The notes: generated from the sequence alone by a model not told the origin. A stretch of DNA of 64,000 nt from Candidatus Sericytochromatia bacterium (GCA_036675505.1 JAKFEW010000047.1:8821-72820), one strand, 5' to 3'; counted from the first letter of the stretch, positions 7,456 to 17,021 are shown. Translations and numbers: made by a program.

Positions 7456-10200
7456 TCAGAGGCGTTCCTTCGGGATCCGCCGCACCTGGCGGCGCGGAAC
7501 GTCGCGCACGTAGAGGTTGCCCGCGGCATCGAAGCGCAGGTCCTCGGCCCAGCCGATCGAGTCGTCGAGCGACGTCCCGCCGAGCAGCGCGCTGCCCTGG
7601 CCGGCGACGACCTGGGGCTGGCCGTCGGCCGTGCGGCGGCGGATGTGGCGATCGCCGTAGTTGCCCAGCGTGTACGTCGGCGCGTCGCCCTCGTAGAGCC
7701 GCCCCTCGCCGTCCTTCGCCTCCGGCGCCAGCGCGTCGGCGGGCGCCTCGGTGATCGTGCCGTCGTCCGCGATGGCGAAACGGCCCGGCTTCGCGCCGAG
7801 GCCCTTGCGGGCCCGCATCCAGAGCGTGCCGTCGGGCGCGAAGGTCAGCTTCGCGATGTCGTCGAAGCCCGCCGAAGCGGGCACGAGGGTCTCGGCGACG
7901 GCCACGCCCGGCTTCCGGCGCACCACCTCGGCCGTCGTCCCGAAGCCATCGCTCACGGGCACATGCTTCGACGCGACGACCGTGCCGTCAGGCGCCGCGT
8001 CCCAGGCGTGCATCGCGATGTTCCAGGGATTGCCCCAGCTCTCGGCCTGCGTGAGCGCGACCTCCCAGGCGCCGGCGGCGTCCTGGCGCAGGATCAGCTC
8101 GCGGTTCGCGCCGAGCGCGCGGGCCGCGAGCTTCCCCGAGGCGAGCCGCCGCACGCCTGTGAACTGGAGCGCCTCGAGCGCCGCGGGCACGTAGGTCCCC
8201 TTCGCGGCCACCAGCTTCGGCGTGCCGCCCGGCGGGACCTCGAGCAGCGCGCCCGCATCGGCCAGGAAGAGCGTGCCGTCGGGGGCGACGTCCAGGCCCT
8301 TCGGGTAGAGCAGCGAGATCCGGCCATCCGCCGTGAAGCCCATGGGCAGCCCGTCGATGCCCGCCACGATGGTGGACGTTCCGCCGGGCGCTTCGAGGCG
8401 CCGGACGATCGCCGCGCCGAGGTTGTCGCCCATGTCGCAGTCGCTGATGTAGATCTTGCCGTCGTGGCCGGTCCGCGCCCAGGCCAGGCCGTGGCGGAGC
8501 GCCGCGCGGTCGGCGATCGCCTCGTCGCGGCCGTCCGGAGCCAGGCGGTGGATCTTCCCGTCGGCCGCGGCGACGTAGAAGAAGTTGCCGAATACGTCCA
8601 TCGCGGGGTCGTGGCGCGTGCCGTTGACGCTCGCCGCGAGCCGCGGGTCGTCCGCCGCCACCACGTCTTTCGGCGCTTCGGTCGTCGAGACCGCGACGAC
8701 GTGCTCGAACGACCGCGCGAGCCAGCGCGTGCGGCCGGGCAGTTCCACGAGGCCCATCGAGGCGCGCACGCCGGGCGCGTCGGCGAGCTTGGCCTTCGCG
8801 CCGCCGGGCGCCAGGGCCCAGATGGCATCGTCCGTCAGCGTCACGAGCGTGCCGTCCGAGCGCAGGTAGACGCGCGCGTAGAAGCTCTTGCCGAAGGCCG
8901 CCTCGAGCGCCGCGAGGGAGAAGAGCTCGCTGATCGTGCCGTCCGGCTCGAGCCGCCAGACGCCATGCTTGTCCTCCGCCACGATCGGCCGGCCGAGGTC
9001 GTCCACCTGCAGGCTCCAGACGTGTTGAAGCGCGATCTCGGCCGCCTTGCGTCCGCCGCGGGAGGCGGGCTCTTCGGTCGGCGCGGCGACGCCTGACCCT
9101 GCGACGGGCGCGAGCCTGCCGTCGGGCGAAACCCGCCAGATGAGGCCGTCGTCCGAGGCGTAGGTGTAGAGGCTGCCGTCGGCGGCGATGTCGGTCTCGA
9201 AGAGCCGCCGCATGTAGACCTCGGTGGCGGGCAGGCCGGCGCCGAGGTTCGAGACGCCCGCGGCGATCAGGATCTTCTTGACCGTCTCCATCTGGGCGTC
9301 GAAGGCCTGGTCCGTGCGGCGCAGGGCGGTGGCGGCCGCCACGAGCGCCGTGTTCTCCAGCGAGACGGGCGGCGGCGCGGCCGCGAGGGCCGACGCCGCG
9401 AGCGCGACGGTGTCCGCCTCGATGCGCGCCGGCAGCTTGTCGAGCGTGGCCTGGCGGTCCGGCTGCGTGCTCACGTACTGGTCGAGCACGTAGGTCGCGA
9501 CCACCGACGAGGCCAGGTCCACGTCCGCGGCGCGCACGCCGGTGGCGACGAGGCGCGAGAGCGCGCCGGTGCCGCCGGGCGGCGTGGCCCGCAGGATCAC
9601 ATGGCGGCCGGGCAGGGTCGCTGTGAACGCGAAGGTGCCGTCGGCGGCCGTGGTGGCTGTGAGCGGTGCGCCGTCGGGCCCGGTGACGGCCGCGCCCGCG
9701 GCGTCGAGCACCTCGACGCGGGCGCCCGGAATGAAGAACTGCTCGGGGGCGGCTTGCGCGAGGCGGTAGCCGCCGCCGTTGTTGCTCACCAGCCCGCCGC
9801 CGTTGTTGGCGATGATCCCGCCGCCGTTGTTCGCGATGATGCCGGCGCCGCGGTCGGAGATTAGGCCCGAGCCGTTGTTCGACAGCAACGGCGCGGGCGC
9901 CTTGACCTTGCCGGTCAGCGTGGCGGCCGCGAGATCGACCGCGGGCGGCGGGATCGACGCGCCCGCGATGATCGGGGCGGAGGCGCTCGCGAGGGGCGCC
10001 GATGAGGCGGGCGCCCCGGCCGACGGCGCGGTGACAGGGCCGAGCGGCGCCGGTGTGCTCGGTCTACTCGCTGTGCCCGGCGACGTTGCCGACGACGTCC
10101 GCGGCCGGGGCGCGGCGGTGGGCGACGCGGGTGGCGCTGTGCACCCGGCGACCAGCGCGATCGAGGCGGCCAACGGGAGCCAGCGGGTGAAAGCGAGCAT
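7456..10200 (-). CDS. Lipoprotein with NNGGG octapeptide repeats, a carboxypeptidase-regulatory-like domain and a C-terminal NHL/SMP-30-like beta-propeller
   Basis: Lipobox MLAFTRWLPLAASIALVAGC. Pro/Ser/Ala-rich linker. IIANNGGGIIANNGGGLVSNNGGG repeats. ARVEVLDAAGAAVTGPDGAPLTATTAADGTFAFT matches CarbopepD_reg. The C-terminus has NHL-like repeats (...LYVRD..., ...YISDCD...). I trimmed the start to M168 of the ORF-track frame. Confidence 0.75.
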   Translation of the reverse strand: MLAFTRWLPLAASIALVAGCTAPPASPTAAPRPRTSSATSPGTASRPSTPAPLGPVTAPSAGAPASSAPLASASAPIIAGASIPPPAVDLAAATLTGKVKAPAPLLSNNGSGLISDRGAGIIANNGGGIIANNGGGLVSNNGGGYRLAQAAPEQFFIPGARVEVLDAAGAAVTGPDGAPLTATTAADGTFAFTATLPGRHVILRATPPGGTGALSRLVATGVRAADVDLASSVVATYVLDQYVSTQPDRQATLDKLPARIEADTVALAASALAAAPPPVSLENTALVAAATALRRTDQAFDAQMETVKKILIAAGVSNLGAGLPATEVYMRRLFETDIAADGSLYTYASDDGLIWRVSPDGRLAPVAGSGVAAPTEEPASRGGRKAAEIALQHVWSLQVDDLGRPIVAEDKHGVWRLEPDGTISELFSLAALEAAFGKSFYARVYLRSDGTLVTLTDDAIWALAPGGAKAKLADAPGVRASMGLVELPGRTRWLARSFEHVVAVSTTEAPKDVVAADDPRLAASVNGTRHDPAMDVFGNFFYVAAADGKIHRLAPDGRDEAIADRAALRHGLAWARTGHDGKIYISDCDMGDNLGAAIVRRLEAPGGTSTIVAGIDGLPMGFTADGRISLLYPKGLDVAPDGTLFLADAGALLEVPPGGTPKLVAAKGTYVPAALEALQFTGVRRLASGKLAARALGANRELILRQDAAGAWEVALTQAESWGNPWNIAMHAWDAAPDGTVVASKHVPVSDGFGTTAEVVRRKPGVAVAETLVPASAGFDDIAKLTFAPDGTLWMRARKGLGAKPGRFAIADDGTITEAPADALAPEAKDGEGRLYEGDAPTYTLGNYGDRHIRRRTADGQPQVVAGQGSALLGGTSLDDSIGWAEDLRFDAAGNLYVRDVPRRQVRRIPKERL
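9771..9890. repeat. 24-bp tandem repeats (~5 units, 3 well conserved) encoding the NNGGG octapeptide repeats
   Basis: The units gccgccgttgttgctcaccagccc / gccgccgttgttggcgatgatccc / gccgccgttgttcgcgatgatgcc are read directly in the sequence. Confidence 0.7.
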
Positions 10201-10371
10201 ATGTTGGTTGTACCCTATGCCGCCGTTCACGCTTCGGTGGGAGCTGTCCGGGCATCCTTCAGGGAGGCTTAGCGAAAACACAACCCGCGCCGGGCCTTTT
10301 TGTCGCCCCGCTGTCGCCGGCGCGCGCCGATGACCTTCTCGTGAGTGTGAGCGATTGCGAAGGAGCCACCG

Positions 10372-10728
10372 ATGCTGATCACCAAGACCCCGCCGGCCAC
10401 CATCCCCACGGCGCCCGTGGCGAGCGAGGCGCCCGCGTCGATCGGCACCCCTACGATCAAAGTGTCGCCGGACTCGCTCTTCCTGACGCCGCCTGCGACC
10501 CCCCAGGCCCCGGCCAAAGAGCCGATGAACCGGTACGAGGCCGCGGTGAAGAAGGCGGCCGTGGTCGGCACGATCGTCGGCGGCATCGCCATCACGTCGG
10601 CCGTGTGCATCGCGCTCGCGAGCTCCATGGGCTCGGTCGGCATCGCCGTCCTCGGCGTCGGCCTCGCGGCCGACGCCCTGATGGGCTTGCTGGCCTGGCA
10701 CCTCGTCAAGACGCCGCTGACCAGGTAA
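10372..10728 (+). CDS. Small membrane protein (two predicted TM helices), hypothetical
   Basis: 118 aa with very strong GC3 bias in the + frame. AAGGAG lies upstream. The C-terminal half is hydrophobic (AAVVGTIVGGIAITSAVCIALA...IAVLGVGLAADALMGLLAW). I preferred it over the overlapping antisense ORF 10269..10709. Confidence 0.5.
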   Translation: MLITKTPPATIPTAPVASEAPASIGTPTIKVSPDSLFLTPPATPQAPAKEPMNRYEAAVKKAAVVGTIVGGIAITSAVCIALASSMGSVGIAVLGVGLAADALMGLLAWHLVKTPLTR

Positions 10729-10750
10729 GCCCGCGGGCCGGGCTGGGGCG

Positions 10751-12016
10751 CTAGAAGCGCCCGTGTTCGACGAAGCGCTCGAAGGCGTCGCAGGCCGCTG
10801 TCACGCCGTCCTCGGCACGGAGCAGCCGCCCCAGCGCCGCGGCCCGCGCCTGCATCGCTTCCGAGCTCACCGCCTCTTGGATCGCGGCGCCCAGACCCGC
10901 GGCCGTCAGCGTCTGCTGCGGCACCGGCCGCGGCCCGACGCCGAGCGCGTGGACGCGCCGGCCCCAGAAGGGCTGGTCCGCGAAGTAGGGCGCGATCACC
11001 GAGGGCACGCCCGCGCGCAGGCCGGCGGCGGTGGTGCCGGCGCCGCCGTGGTGCACCACCGCCGCACAGCGCGGGAAGAGCCAGTCGTGCGGCACGTCAT
11101 GCACGACCTTCACGTGGTCGGGCACGTCGCCAGCGCCGAGCCCGGCCCAGCCCGAAAGCACGATGCCGCGCCGGCCGGCGAGCCGCAGCGCTTCGTAGAC
11201 GTTGTGCGCGAGCCGGACCGGGTCGCGGCCGATCATGCTGCCGAAGCCCACGTAGACGGGCGGCTCGCCGGCCGCGAGGAAGGCGGTCAGGTCGGGCGGC
11301 GGCGTCCAGTCGGCCTGGGCGTCGAGGAACCAGAACCCGGTGACACTCGCGTGCGCCGGCCAGTCCGCAGGCCTGGGGAGCACGTGCGGGCTGAAGCCGT
11401 ACATGGCCGACATCACCGCCTGCCGGCCGAGGCTGAGGCCGCCCAACGGCAGCACCTGCATCCCCAGGCGCCGGCGCCACCGATTCAAGGGCGCCATGAG
11501 GCCGACCGAGGCGACATGGAGCACCGCCTGGTGGCTGAGCCAGTTGAGGTCGCCGGGCAAGCTGAGCCAGTCCGGCGAGATCGGGAAGGGGAACTCGCGG
11601 GTCGCCGTGAGCGGCACCGGCCCGGCCATCAGCGCGGGGATCCCGCGCGCCTCGGCGAAGTCGAGGGCGGGAAACGCCAACGGCGCATAAATCACCGCCT
11701 CGGCATCGGCGACGGCCGCGTGCACGGTCTCGAAGATCGGCTCGAGAAGCGGCACCATCAGCGTGCGAAAGTGCCTCACGAAGGCCACCGGGTTGGCGGC
11801 TGACTCGAGCCAGGCGAGCCCCGCGTCGCCCGCGAGCATGGCCTGCGGGTCGCCGGCGATCGCGCGGAAGCCCAGGCCGTGGCGGCGCACGAAGCCCTCG
11901 AAGGGGGCATGGGTCGCGAGCGTCACGGCGTGACCGCGGGCCGCGAGGCCGCGCCCGAGCGCGACATAGGGTTGGACGTCGCCGCGCGAGCCTGCGGTGA
12001 TGATCGCGATGCGCAT
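10751..12016 (-). CDS. Family-1 glycosyltransferase (MGT/UDP-glycosyltransferase, sterol/macrolide GT-like)
   Basis: The N-terminus reads MRIAIITAGSRGDVQPYVALGRGLAARGHAVTLATHAPF. The C-terminal UDP-sugar-binding region is HHGGAGTTAAGLRAGVPSVIAPYFADQPFW. AGGAGG lies before the ATG at 12016. Confidence 0.85.
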   Translation of the reverse strand: MRIAIITAGSRGDVQPYVALGRGLAARGHAVTLATHAPFEGFVRRHGLGFRAIAGDPQAMLAGDAGLAWLESAANPVAFVRHFRTLMVPLLEPIFETVHAAVADAEAVIYAPLAFPALDFAEARGIPALMAGPVPLTATREFPFPISPDWLSLPGDLNWLSHQAVLHVASVGLMAPLNRWRRRLGMQVLPLGGLSLGRQAVMSAMYGFSPHVLPRPADWPAHASVTGFWFLDAQADWTPPPDLTAFLAAGEPPVYVGFGSMIGRDPVRLAHNVYEALRLAGRRGIVLSGWAGLGAGDVPDHVKVVHDVPHDWLFPRCAAVVHHGGAGTTAAGLRAGVPSVIAPYFADQPFWGRRVHALGVGPRPVPQQTLTAAGLGAAIQEAVSSEAMQARAAALGRLLRAEDGVTAACDAFERFVEHGRF

Positions 12017-12120
12017 GGAATGGGCCTCCTGGCGGTTGGCCCTGTTTCCATACCCGGCGGCTCGACAATCGACGCCGCGCTGGGGAATAAGGGCCGGACG
12101 ACCCAAGGAGGTGCCCGCCC

Positions 12121-13020
12121 ATGCCGACCACGCCAATCTCCGTCGCCGACTCCGAAGCCTTCGTGCGCGCCCACGCCCGCCCGCTCGACGTCGCGCTCTT
12201 CGACCACTGGTTCCGCGGCGGGCCGGGCGGCCCCGTCGAGGCCGCGCTGGTGCACTTCCAGAACCCGGACGGCGGTTTCGGCAACGCGCTCGAGCCGGAC
12301 TTCCGGCTGCCGGACTCCTCGGTGATGGCCACGACCGTGGCGCTGCAATACTTGAGGAAAATCGACGCGCCGGAAACGGCGCCGCTCGTGGCGGACGCGA
12401 TTCGCTACCTGAACGCCACCTTCGACCCGGCCGTCGGCGGCTGGGCCGGCGTGCCGCCCGAGGTGAACGACCACCCGCGCGCGTTCTGGTGGAACTGGGA
12501 GGGCCCGCCGGAAGGCTTCCCGGGCAACCCGTCGGCGGAAGCGCTGGGCTACCTCTACCGGTACGGGGCGCACGCGAACGCCGACGCGCTGGCCGCCGCC
12601 GAGCGCGCCGCGCTCGACTACTTCGCCGCCGCGACCGAGGTCGAGTGGCACGAGGTGCTGTGCTGGATCCGGCTCTACGAGCTGGCGCCGCCCGCGATCC
12701 AGGCGCAGCTGAAGCCGCGCCTGCGCGAGCACGTCGCAGCCAGCGTCTCGCTCGACCCGTCCAGCTGGGATGAGTACAGCCCGCGTCCGCTACAGTTCGC
12801 GCCGTCGCCCGACGCGCCCTTCTACGACGTGGTCGCGGCCGGCATCCCGGCGGACCTCGACCGCCTGGCTGGCGAACGCGAGGCCGACGGCGCCTGGAGC
12901 CCGCCCTGGACCTGGGGGCGCTACGAGGCCGACTGGCCGCAAGCCCGCGCCGACTGGCGGGGGTACCTGACGGTCCACAACCTGCGAACGCTCGCGCGGC
13001 ACGGGCGGGTGAGCGGGTAA
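12121..13020 (+). CDS. Prenyltransferase/squalene-oxidase-repeat (alpha/alpha-toroid) protein
   Basis: Two QW-like motifs (HFQNPDGGFG, DPAVGGWAG) of the kind seen in terpenoid cyclase/prenyltransferase beta-subunit repeats. Confidence 0.5.
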   Translation: MPTTPISVADSEAFVRAHARPLDVALFDHWFRGGPGGPVEAALVHFQNPDGGFGNALEPDFRLPDSSVMATTVALQYLRKIDAPETAPLVADAIRYLNATFDPAVGGWAGVPPEVNDHPRAFWWNWEGPPEGFPGNPSAEALGYLYRYGAHANADALAAAERAALDYFAAATEVEWHEVLCWIRLYELAPPAIQAQLKPRLREHVAASVSLDPSSWDEYSPRPLQFAPSPDAPFYDVVAAGIPADLDRLAGEREADGAWSPPWTWGRYEADWPQARADWRGYLTVHNLRTLARHGRVSG

Positions 13021-13034
13021 GTAAGGGTTATCGG

Positions 13035-13223
13035 TTAGCGCTCCGTCTCTTCTTCGGTGCGCGCGAGCAATTCTTCAAGCTTGGCGCGCACCTCGGGCGG
13101 CACGTTCGCGCGCTCTTCGGCCGTGAGGCTCTCCCAGGTCTTCACCATGAGCGCCGCGCTCGCTTCGACCAGCTCGGCCATCGCGTCCAGCGTCTTCTCG
13201 CGCATCGTCTCGTCCATCTTCAA
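13035..13223 (-). CDS. Small hypothetical protein (62 aa) translationally coupled to lspA
   Basis: High GC3. Its ATG overlaps the lspA stop (ATGA at 13220-13223). Confidence 0.5.
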   Translation of the reverse strand: MKMDETMREKTLDAMAELVEASAALMVKTWESLTAEERANVPPEVRAKLEELLARTEEETER

Positions 13224-13720
13224 GCCTCCACTCGCACGCGTTTCTCATACCCTTCGCGGAGCGCCTGCAGGCCGAGCAGGCCGACGCCCAGGTTGATCGC
13301 GATGTCGGCGACGTTGAAGATCGGGAAGACGTTGGCGCCATACCAGCGCAGGTCGAACATGTCGCGCACCTCGCCGACGAAGGCGCGGTCCAGGCCGTTG
13401 CCGAGCGCGCCGCCCAGCAGCAGGCCGAGCCCTATGACGATCAGCGGCGCGACCGGGCGCGTGGCATGGAGGTAGACGGCGATGCCGAGCGATACCGTCA
13501 GCGAGATGGCCGCCAGCACGCCGACGTGGCCGTAGAACAGGCTCCAGGCGGCGCCCTTGTTCAGCGCGGGCGTGAGGTGGAAGAAGCCGTCGATCAGCGG
13601 GCGCGAGTGGCCGACGGCGATCGCCGTGACGATCGCGAGCTTCGCGAGCTGGTCGAGCAGCAAGGCCGCGAGCGCGGTCAGGTAGAACGTGAGCGTCCGG
13701 TACAGGCGGTCGTGGGCCAC
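13220..13720 (-). CDS. lspA: Lipoprotein signal peptidase II
   Basis: The conserved SPase II blocks are present (...LTPALNKGAAWSLF..., ...FPIFNVADIAINLGVGLL...) and the protein has four TM segments. Confidence 0.9.
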   Translation of the reverse strand: MAHDRLYRTLTFYLTALAALLLDQLAKLAIVTAIAVGHSRPLIDGFFHLTPALNKGAAWSLFYGHVGVLAAISLTVSLGIAVYLHATRPVAPLIVIGLGLLLGGALGNGLDRAFVGEVRDMFDLRWYGANVFPIFNVADIAINLGVGLLGLQALREGYEKRVRVEA

Positions 13721-13814
13721 GGGCTTCCTCCTCGTCGACGGGAGCCGTCGGTCGCCCCCTGGCCGATAGACCGGCCGGTGCTACGCTGGGTTCCAGCAGA
13801 AGGAGGGTGACCCG

Positions 13815-13976
13815 ATGGCCCCCGACGACGACAAGAAACGTGCAGTTCCGCCCGGCTTCCCCACGCCCGGCGAGCCCGGCTGGCCCCAAGTGCCGCCCGA
13901 GATCTCGCCACCGCCCGGCTCTCCGGGTGGCGAGCCCGAGATTCCCATGCCGCCGGACCAGCCCGGGAAAGGCTAG
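13815..13976 (+). CDS. Possible small Pro-rich ORF (53 aa) upstream of prfC
   Basis: GAAGGAGGG RBS lies 6 nt before the ATG. The frame reads MAPDDDKKRAVPPGFPTPGEPGWPQVPPEISPPPGSPGGEPEIPMPPDQPGKG*. It is below the 60-aa cutoff of the ORF track. Confidence 0.25.
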   Translation: MAPDDDKKRAVPPGFPTPGEPGWPQVPPEISPPPGSPGGEPEIPMPPDQPGKG

Positions 13977-14088
13977 CTCCGCGCGCCTCGAAACGGCCTG
14001 GCCGGTTCCCCGGAAGCCGCTTGCCGCCTTGACGAAGGGACGGTGGGCGCGGTATCGTGGCGTGTTCCCCCGTCCTGACGAGCAAGCC

Positions 14089-15717
14089 ATGACCACGACG
14101 CTCAGCCCCCTGAATACCGAGATCGAAAAGCGCCGTACGTTCGCGATCATTTCGCACCCTGACGCCGGCAAGACGACCTTGACCGAGAAGCTGCTGCTGT
14201 ACGGCGGGGCGATCCACACGGCCGGCGCGGTCAAGGCGTCCAAGGCCGCCCGCCACGCGACGTCGGACTGGATGGAGCTTGAGAAGCAGCGCGGCATCTC
14301 GGTCACGACCTCGGTCATGCAGTTCCCATACAAAGGCCACGAGCTGAACCTGATCGACACGCCGGGCCACCAGGACTTCTCCGAGGACACCTACCGCACG
14401 CTGGCGGCCGTCGACGCGGCGGTCATGCTGATCGATTGCGTGAAGGGCGTCGAGGCGCAGACCAAGAAGCTCTTCGCGGTCTGCCGCATGCGCGGCATCC
14501 CGATCTTCACCTTCATCAACAAGCTCGACCGCAACGGCCAGGACCCGCTCGAGCTGATGGAGGAGATCGAGCGCGTGCTCGGCATCCGCACCACGCCGAT
14601 GAACTGGCCGATCGGGATGGGCTCGGACTTCAAGGGCATCTACGAGCGCCGCACCGAGGAGGTCGTGCTCTTCACGGACACCCGCCATGGCACCAAGGAG
14701 GGCACGGTCCGCCGCATCAAGATCGACGATGCCGGCCTGACGGCGGCGATCGGTGAGGCGGCGCATGCCAAGCTGCTCGAGGACATCGAGATGCTCGACA
14801 TCGCGGGCGATCCGTTCGACGCCGAGCGCGTCACGAACGGTGAGCTCTCGCCGATGTACTTCGGCTCGGCGATGACGAACTTCGGCGTCGAGCCCTTCCT
14901 CGACTCGTTCATCGGCCTCGCGCCGATGCCCACGTCGAAGCCCACCACCGACGGCGTACGTGAGCCCGCCGACGAGCGGTTCAGCGGCTTCATCTTCAAG
15001 ATCCAGGCCAACATGAACCCGGCCCACCGGGACTGCGTGGCCTTCATGCGCATCGTGTCGGGCAAGTTCACGCGCGGCATGAGCGTCCGCCACGTGCGGC
15101 TGGGCCGCGACATCCGGCTCGCGAAATCCCTGCAGTTCATGGCCCAGGACCGCGTGCTCGTGGAGGACGCCTACCCGGGCGACGTGGTCGGCCTCTTCGA
15201 CCCCGGCATCCTGCGCATCGGCGACACGCTGTGCGAGGGCGAGGCGATCGCCTTCCGCGGGATCCCGCGCTTCACGCCGGAGATCTTCGCGACCATCCAG
15301 CTCAAGGACCCGGGCAAGCGCAAGCAGTTCAAGAAGGGCCTCGACCAGCTGATCGAGGAGGGCGCCGTCCAGATGTTCTACCGGCCGAGCGTGGGCGAGC
15401 AGGAGCCCATTCTGGGGGCCGTCGGCCGCCTGCAGTTCGACGTCTTCCAGCACCGCCTCAGGAGCGAGTACGGCGTGGACGTGATCTTCCGCGAGCTGCC
15501 CTTCGAGACGGCCCGCTGGGTCGTCGGCGAGGCGCTCGACGTCCCCAAGCTCGAACACTTCGGCGACAACATGTTCCTCAACGACCGCGACGGCCGCGCG
15601 ATGCTGCTCTTCCGCAACTCCCTGGCGCTGCGCTGGGAAGGTGAGCGGCACCCGCACCTGCAGTTCCTCGAGAACCTCGACGACGCGATCGCCGGGCCGC
15701 GGCTGCCCACCGCCTAG
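14089..15717 (+). CDS. prfC: Peptide chain release factor 3 (translational GTPase)
   Basis: G1-G4 motifs are present (AIISHPDAGKTTLTEKLL, DTPGH, NKLD). The C-terminus is RF3-type. I trimmed the start to MTTTLSPL. Confidence 0.92.
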   Translation: MTTTLSPLNTEIEKRRTFAIISHPDAGKTTLTEKLLLYGGAIHTAGAVKASKAARHATSDWMELEKQRGISVTTSVMQFPYKGHELNLIDTPGHQDFSEDTYRTLAAVDAAVMLIDCVKGVEAQTKKLFAVCRMRGIPIFTFINKLDRNGQDPLELMEEIERVLGIRTTPMNWPIGMGSDFKGIYERRTEEVVLFTDTRHGTKEGTVRRIKIDDAGLTAAIGEAAHAKLLEDIEMLDIAGDPFDAERVTNGELSPMYFGSAMTNFGVEPFLDSFIGLAPMPTSKPTTDGVREPADERFSGFIFKIQANMNPAHRDCVAFMRIVSGKFTRGMSVRHVRLGRDIRLAKSLQFMAQDRVLVEDAYPGDVVGLFDPGILRIGDTLCEGEAIAFRGIPRFTPEIFATIQLKDPGKRKQFKKGLDQLIEEGAVQMFYRPSVGEQEPILGAVGRLQFDVFQHRLRSEYGVDVIFRELPFETARWVVGEALDVPKLEHFGDNMFLNDRDGRAMLLFRNSLALRWEGERHPHLQFLENLDDAIAGPRLPTA

Positions 15718-15719
15718 CG

Positions 15720-16223
15720 GTGCGACTGCTCAACGTCCGCGCGCGCCGACACGACCGACTCAAGCTCAGCGTTGGCTGGCCCTGGGACCAGCTCGGGCTG
15801 GGCGTGGCGCTCGTGCTGGTCGGGCTCGGGCTCATGTGGCCGGCGCTCGCCACCGATTTCGTCGCCTTCCTGAGCCGCCTGATCCTGGGGGGCGTCGTCG
15901 CCTGCGGCGGCATGCTGATGCTCTACTTCGCGGCGGAGGTGATGAGCGAGGCGGTGGTCTTCGACCGTCGCACGGGCGATTTCCTGACGATCGCGCTGGC
16001 GCGCGGCCGGCGGCGGGTGACGCGCCGGCCGATCCACATGCTGCGGCAGGTGACGGTCCGGCCGAACGGCCTTGCGCCCGGCGGCTACGGGCTGGTCTTC
16101 GAGTTCCGTGGCGAGCCCGCGATCACCTTCCCGCTCGACGCGAACGCGCAGGACCCGGGCGAGGGCGAGGCGATCGTGCGGCAGGTGTGGGCGTTCATCC
16201 AGCGAAAGGGTGCCGCGGGTTAG
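15720..16223 (+). CDS. Hypothetical membrane protein
   Basis: Two hydrophobic helices (LGVALVLVGLGLMWPALA, ILGGVVACGGMLMLYFAA). A GTG start abuts the prfC stop. Confidence 0.45.
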   Translation: MRLLNVRARRHDRLKLSVGWPWDQLGLGVALVLVGLGLMWPALATDFVAFLSRLILGGVVACGGMLMLYFAAEVMSEAVVFDRRTGDFLTIALARGRRRVTRRPIHMLRQVTVRPNGLAPGGYGLVFEFRGEPAITFPLDANAQDPGEGEAIVRQVWAFIQRKGAAG

Positions 16224-16858
16224 CCCACGTCGCCGAAGCGGCGGACCATCAGCTGGCCGAGCAGCCGGTCGAGCTCGGCGCGGTCGAGCGCGAAATCGCG
16301 GTTCAGGTCGCCCGCCTTCACCCAGGCCGCGATCGGCTCGCTGTCGAGGTAGAGCGACGCGCGCACGTGCCCGGGCAGCCAGCCCACGAACAGGCCGACC
16401 TCGTCGGCCGTCAGCTTCTCCGACGCATCCAGGTCCACCCGCAAGAACCCGTCCGCGATGTCCACCGCCGCGAACGGCGCGTCCTTGAAGCGCACCAGCG
16501 CGAAGGCCGTCCACTCGTTTTCGACGATGCGGCCGTCGCCGTTCTTGTCCGCCGTGGCGTGCGGCGTCGCGCCGCGCAGGATCGCGGCCTCGTCGTAGGG
16601 CCACTCGGCGTTGGTCACCGCGCCGTCGGCGTCCGCGTCGATCACGCGGAACATGAGCGCCGCGTTCGCGGGCAGGGGCGAGGCCGGCTTCTTCGTCACC
16701 AGCTTGCCGGCGTCGCGCTTGCCGCCGCCGGCCTTGCCGCCGCTGAGCTTGCCCGCGGCCGCGAAGCCGCCCGCCGCGCGGTCCACCGCCGAGAGCGGCG
16801 CGGCTCCGCAGGCGGTGAGCAAAAAGGTGAGGCCGAGGACGAGGCAGGTCTTGTGCAT
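16220..16858 (-). CDS. EF-hand calcium-binding lipoprotein
   Basis: Lipobox LLTACGAA. Two EF-hand loops (DADADGAVTNAEW, DKNGDGRIVENEW). Confidence 0.7.
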   Translation of the reverse strand: MHKTCLVLGLTFLLTACGAAPLSAVDRAAGGFAAAGKLSGGKAGGGKRDAGKLVTKKPASPLPANAALMFRVIDADADGAVTNAEWPYDEAAILRGATPHATADKNGDGRIVENEWTAFALVRFKDAPFAAVDIADGFLRVDLDASEKLTADEVGLFVGWLPGHVRASLYLDSEPIAAWVKAGDLNRDFALDRAELDRLLGQLMVRRFGDVG

Positions 16859-17021
16859 ACGGGGTTATCGCCCGCACTGGCACGCCACGCGCTCAAGGAC
16901 TGATTAAGGTGAGGCAAAACTTCAGCTGGTTCGGCTGTAACAAAAACGGCTTGACGACCGTTACACGGATCACATAGAATCATAACCTGGACTTAACCTT
17001 AATTGAACAGGGAGAGAACGC

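Noticed and set aside
10269-10709. 146-aa minus-strand ORF overlapping the small membrane-protein gene
   Set aside because: The + frame (10372-10728) has near-uniform G/C at the third codon position, an AAGGAG RBS and a clean two-TM hydropathy profile. The minus frame does not.
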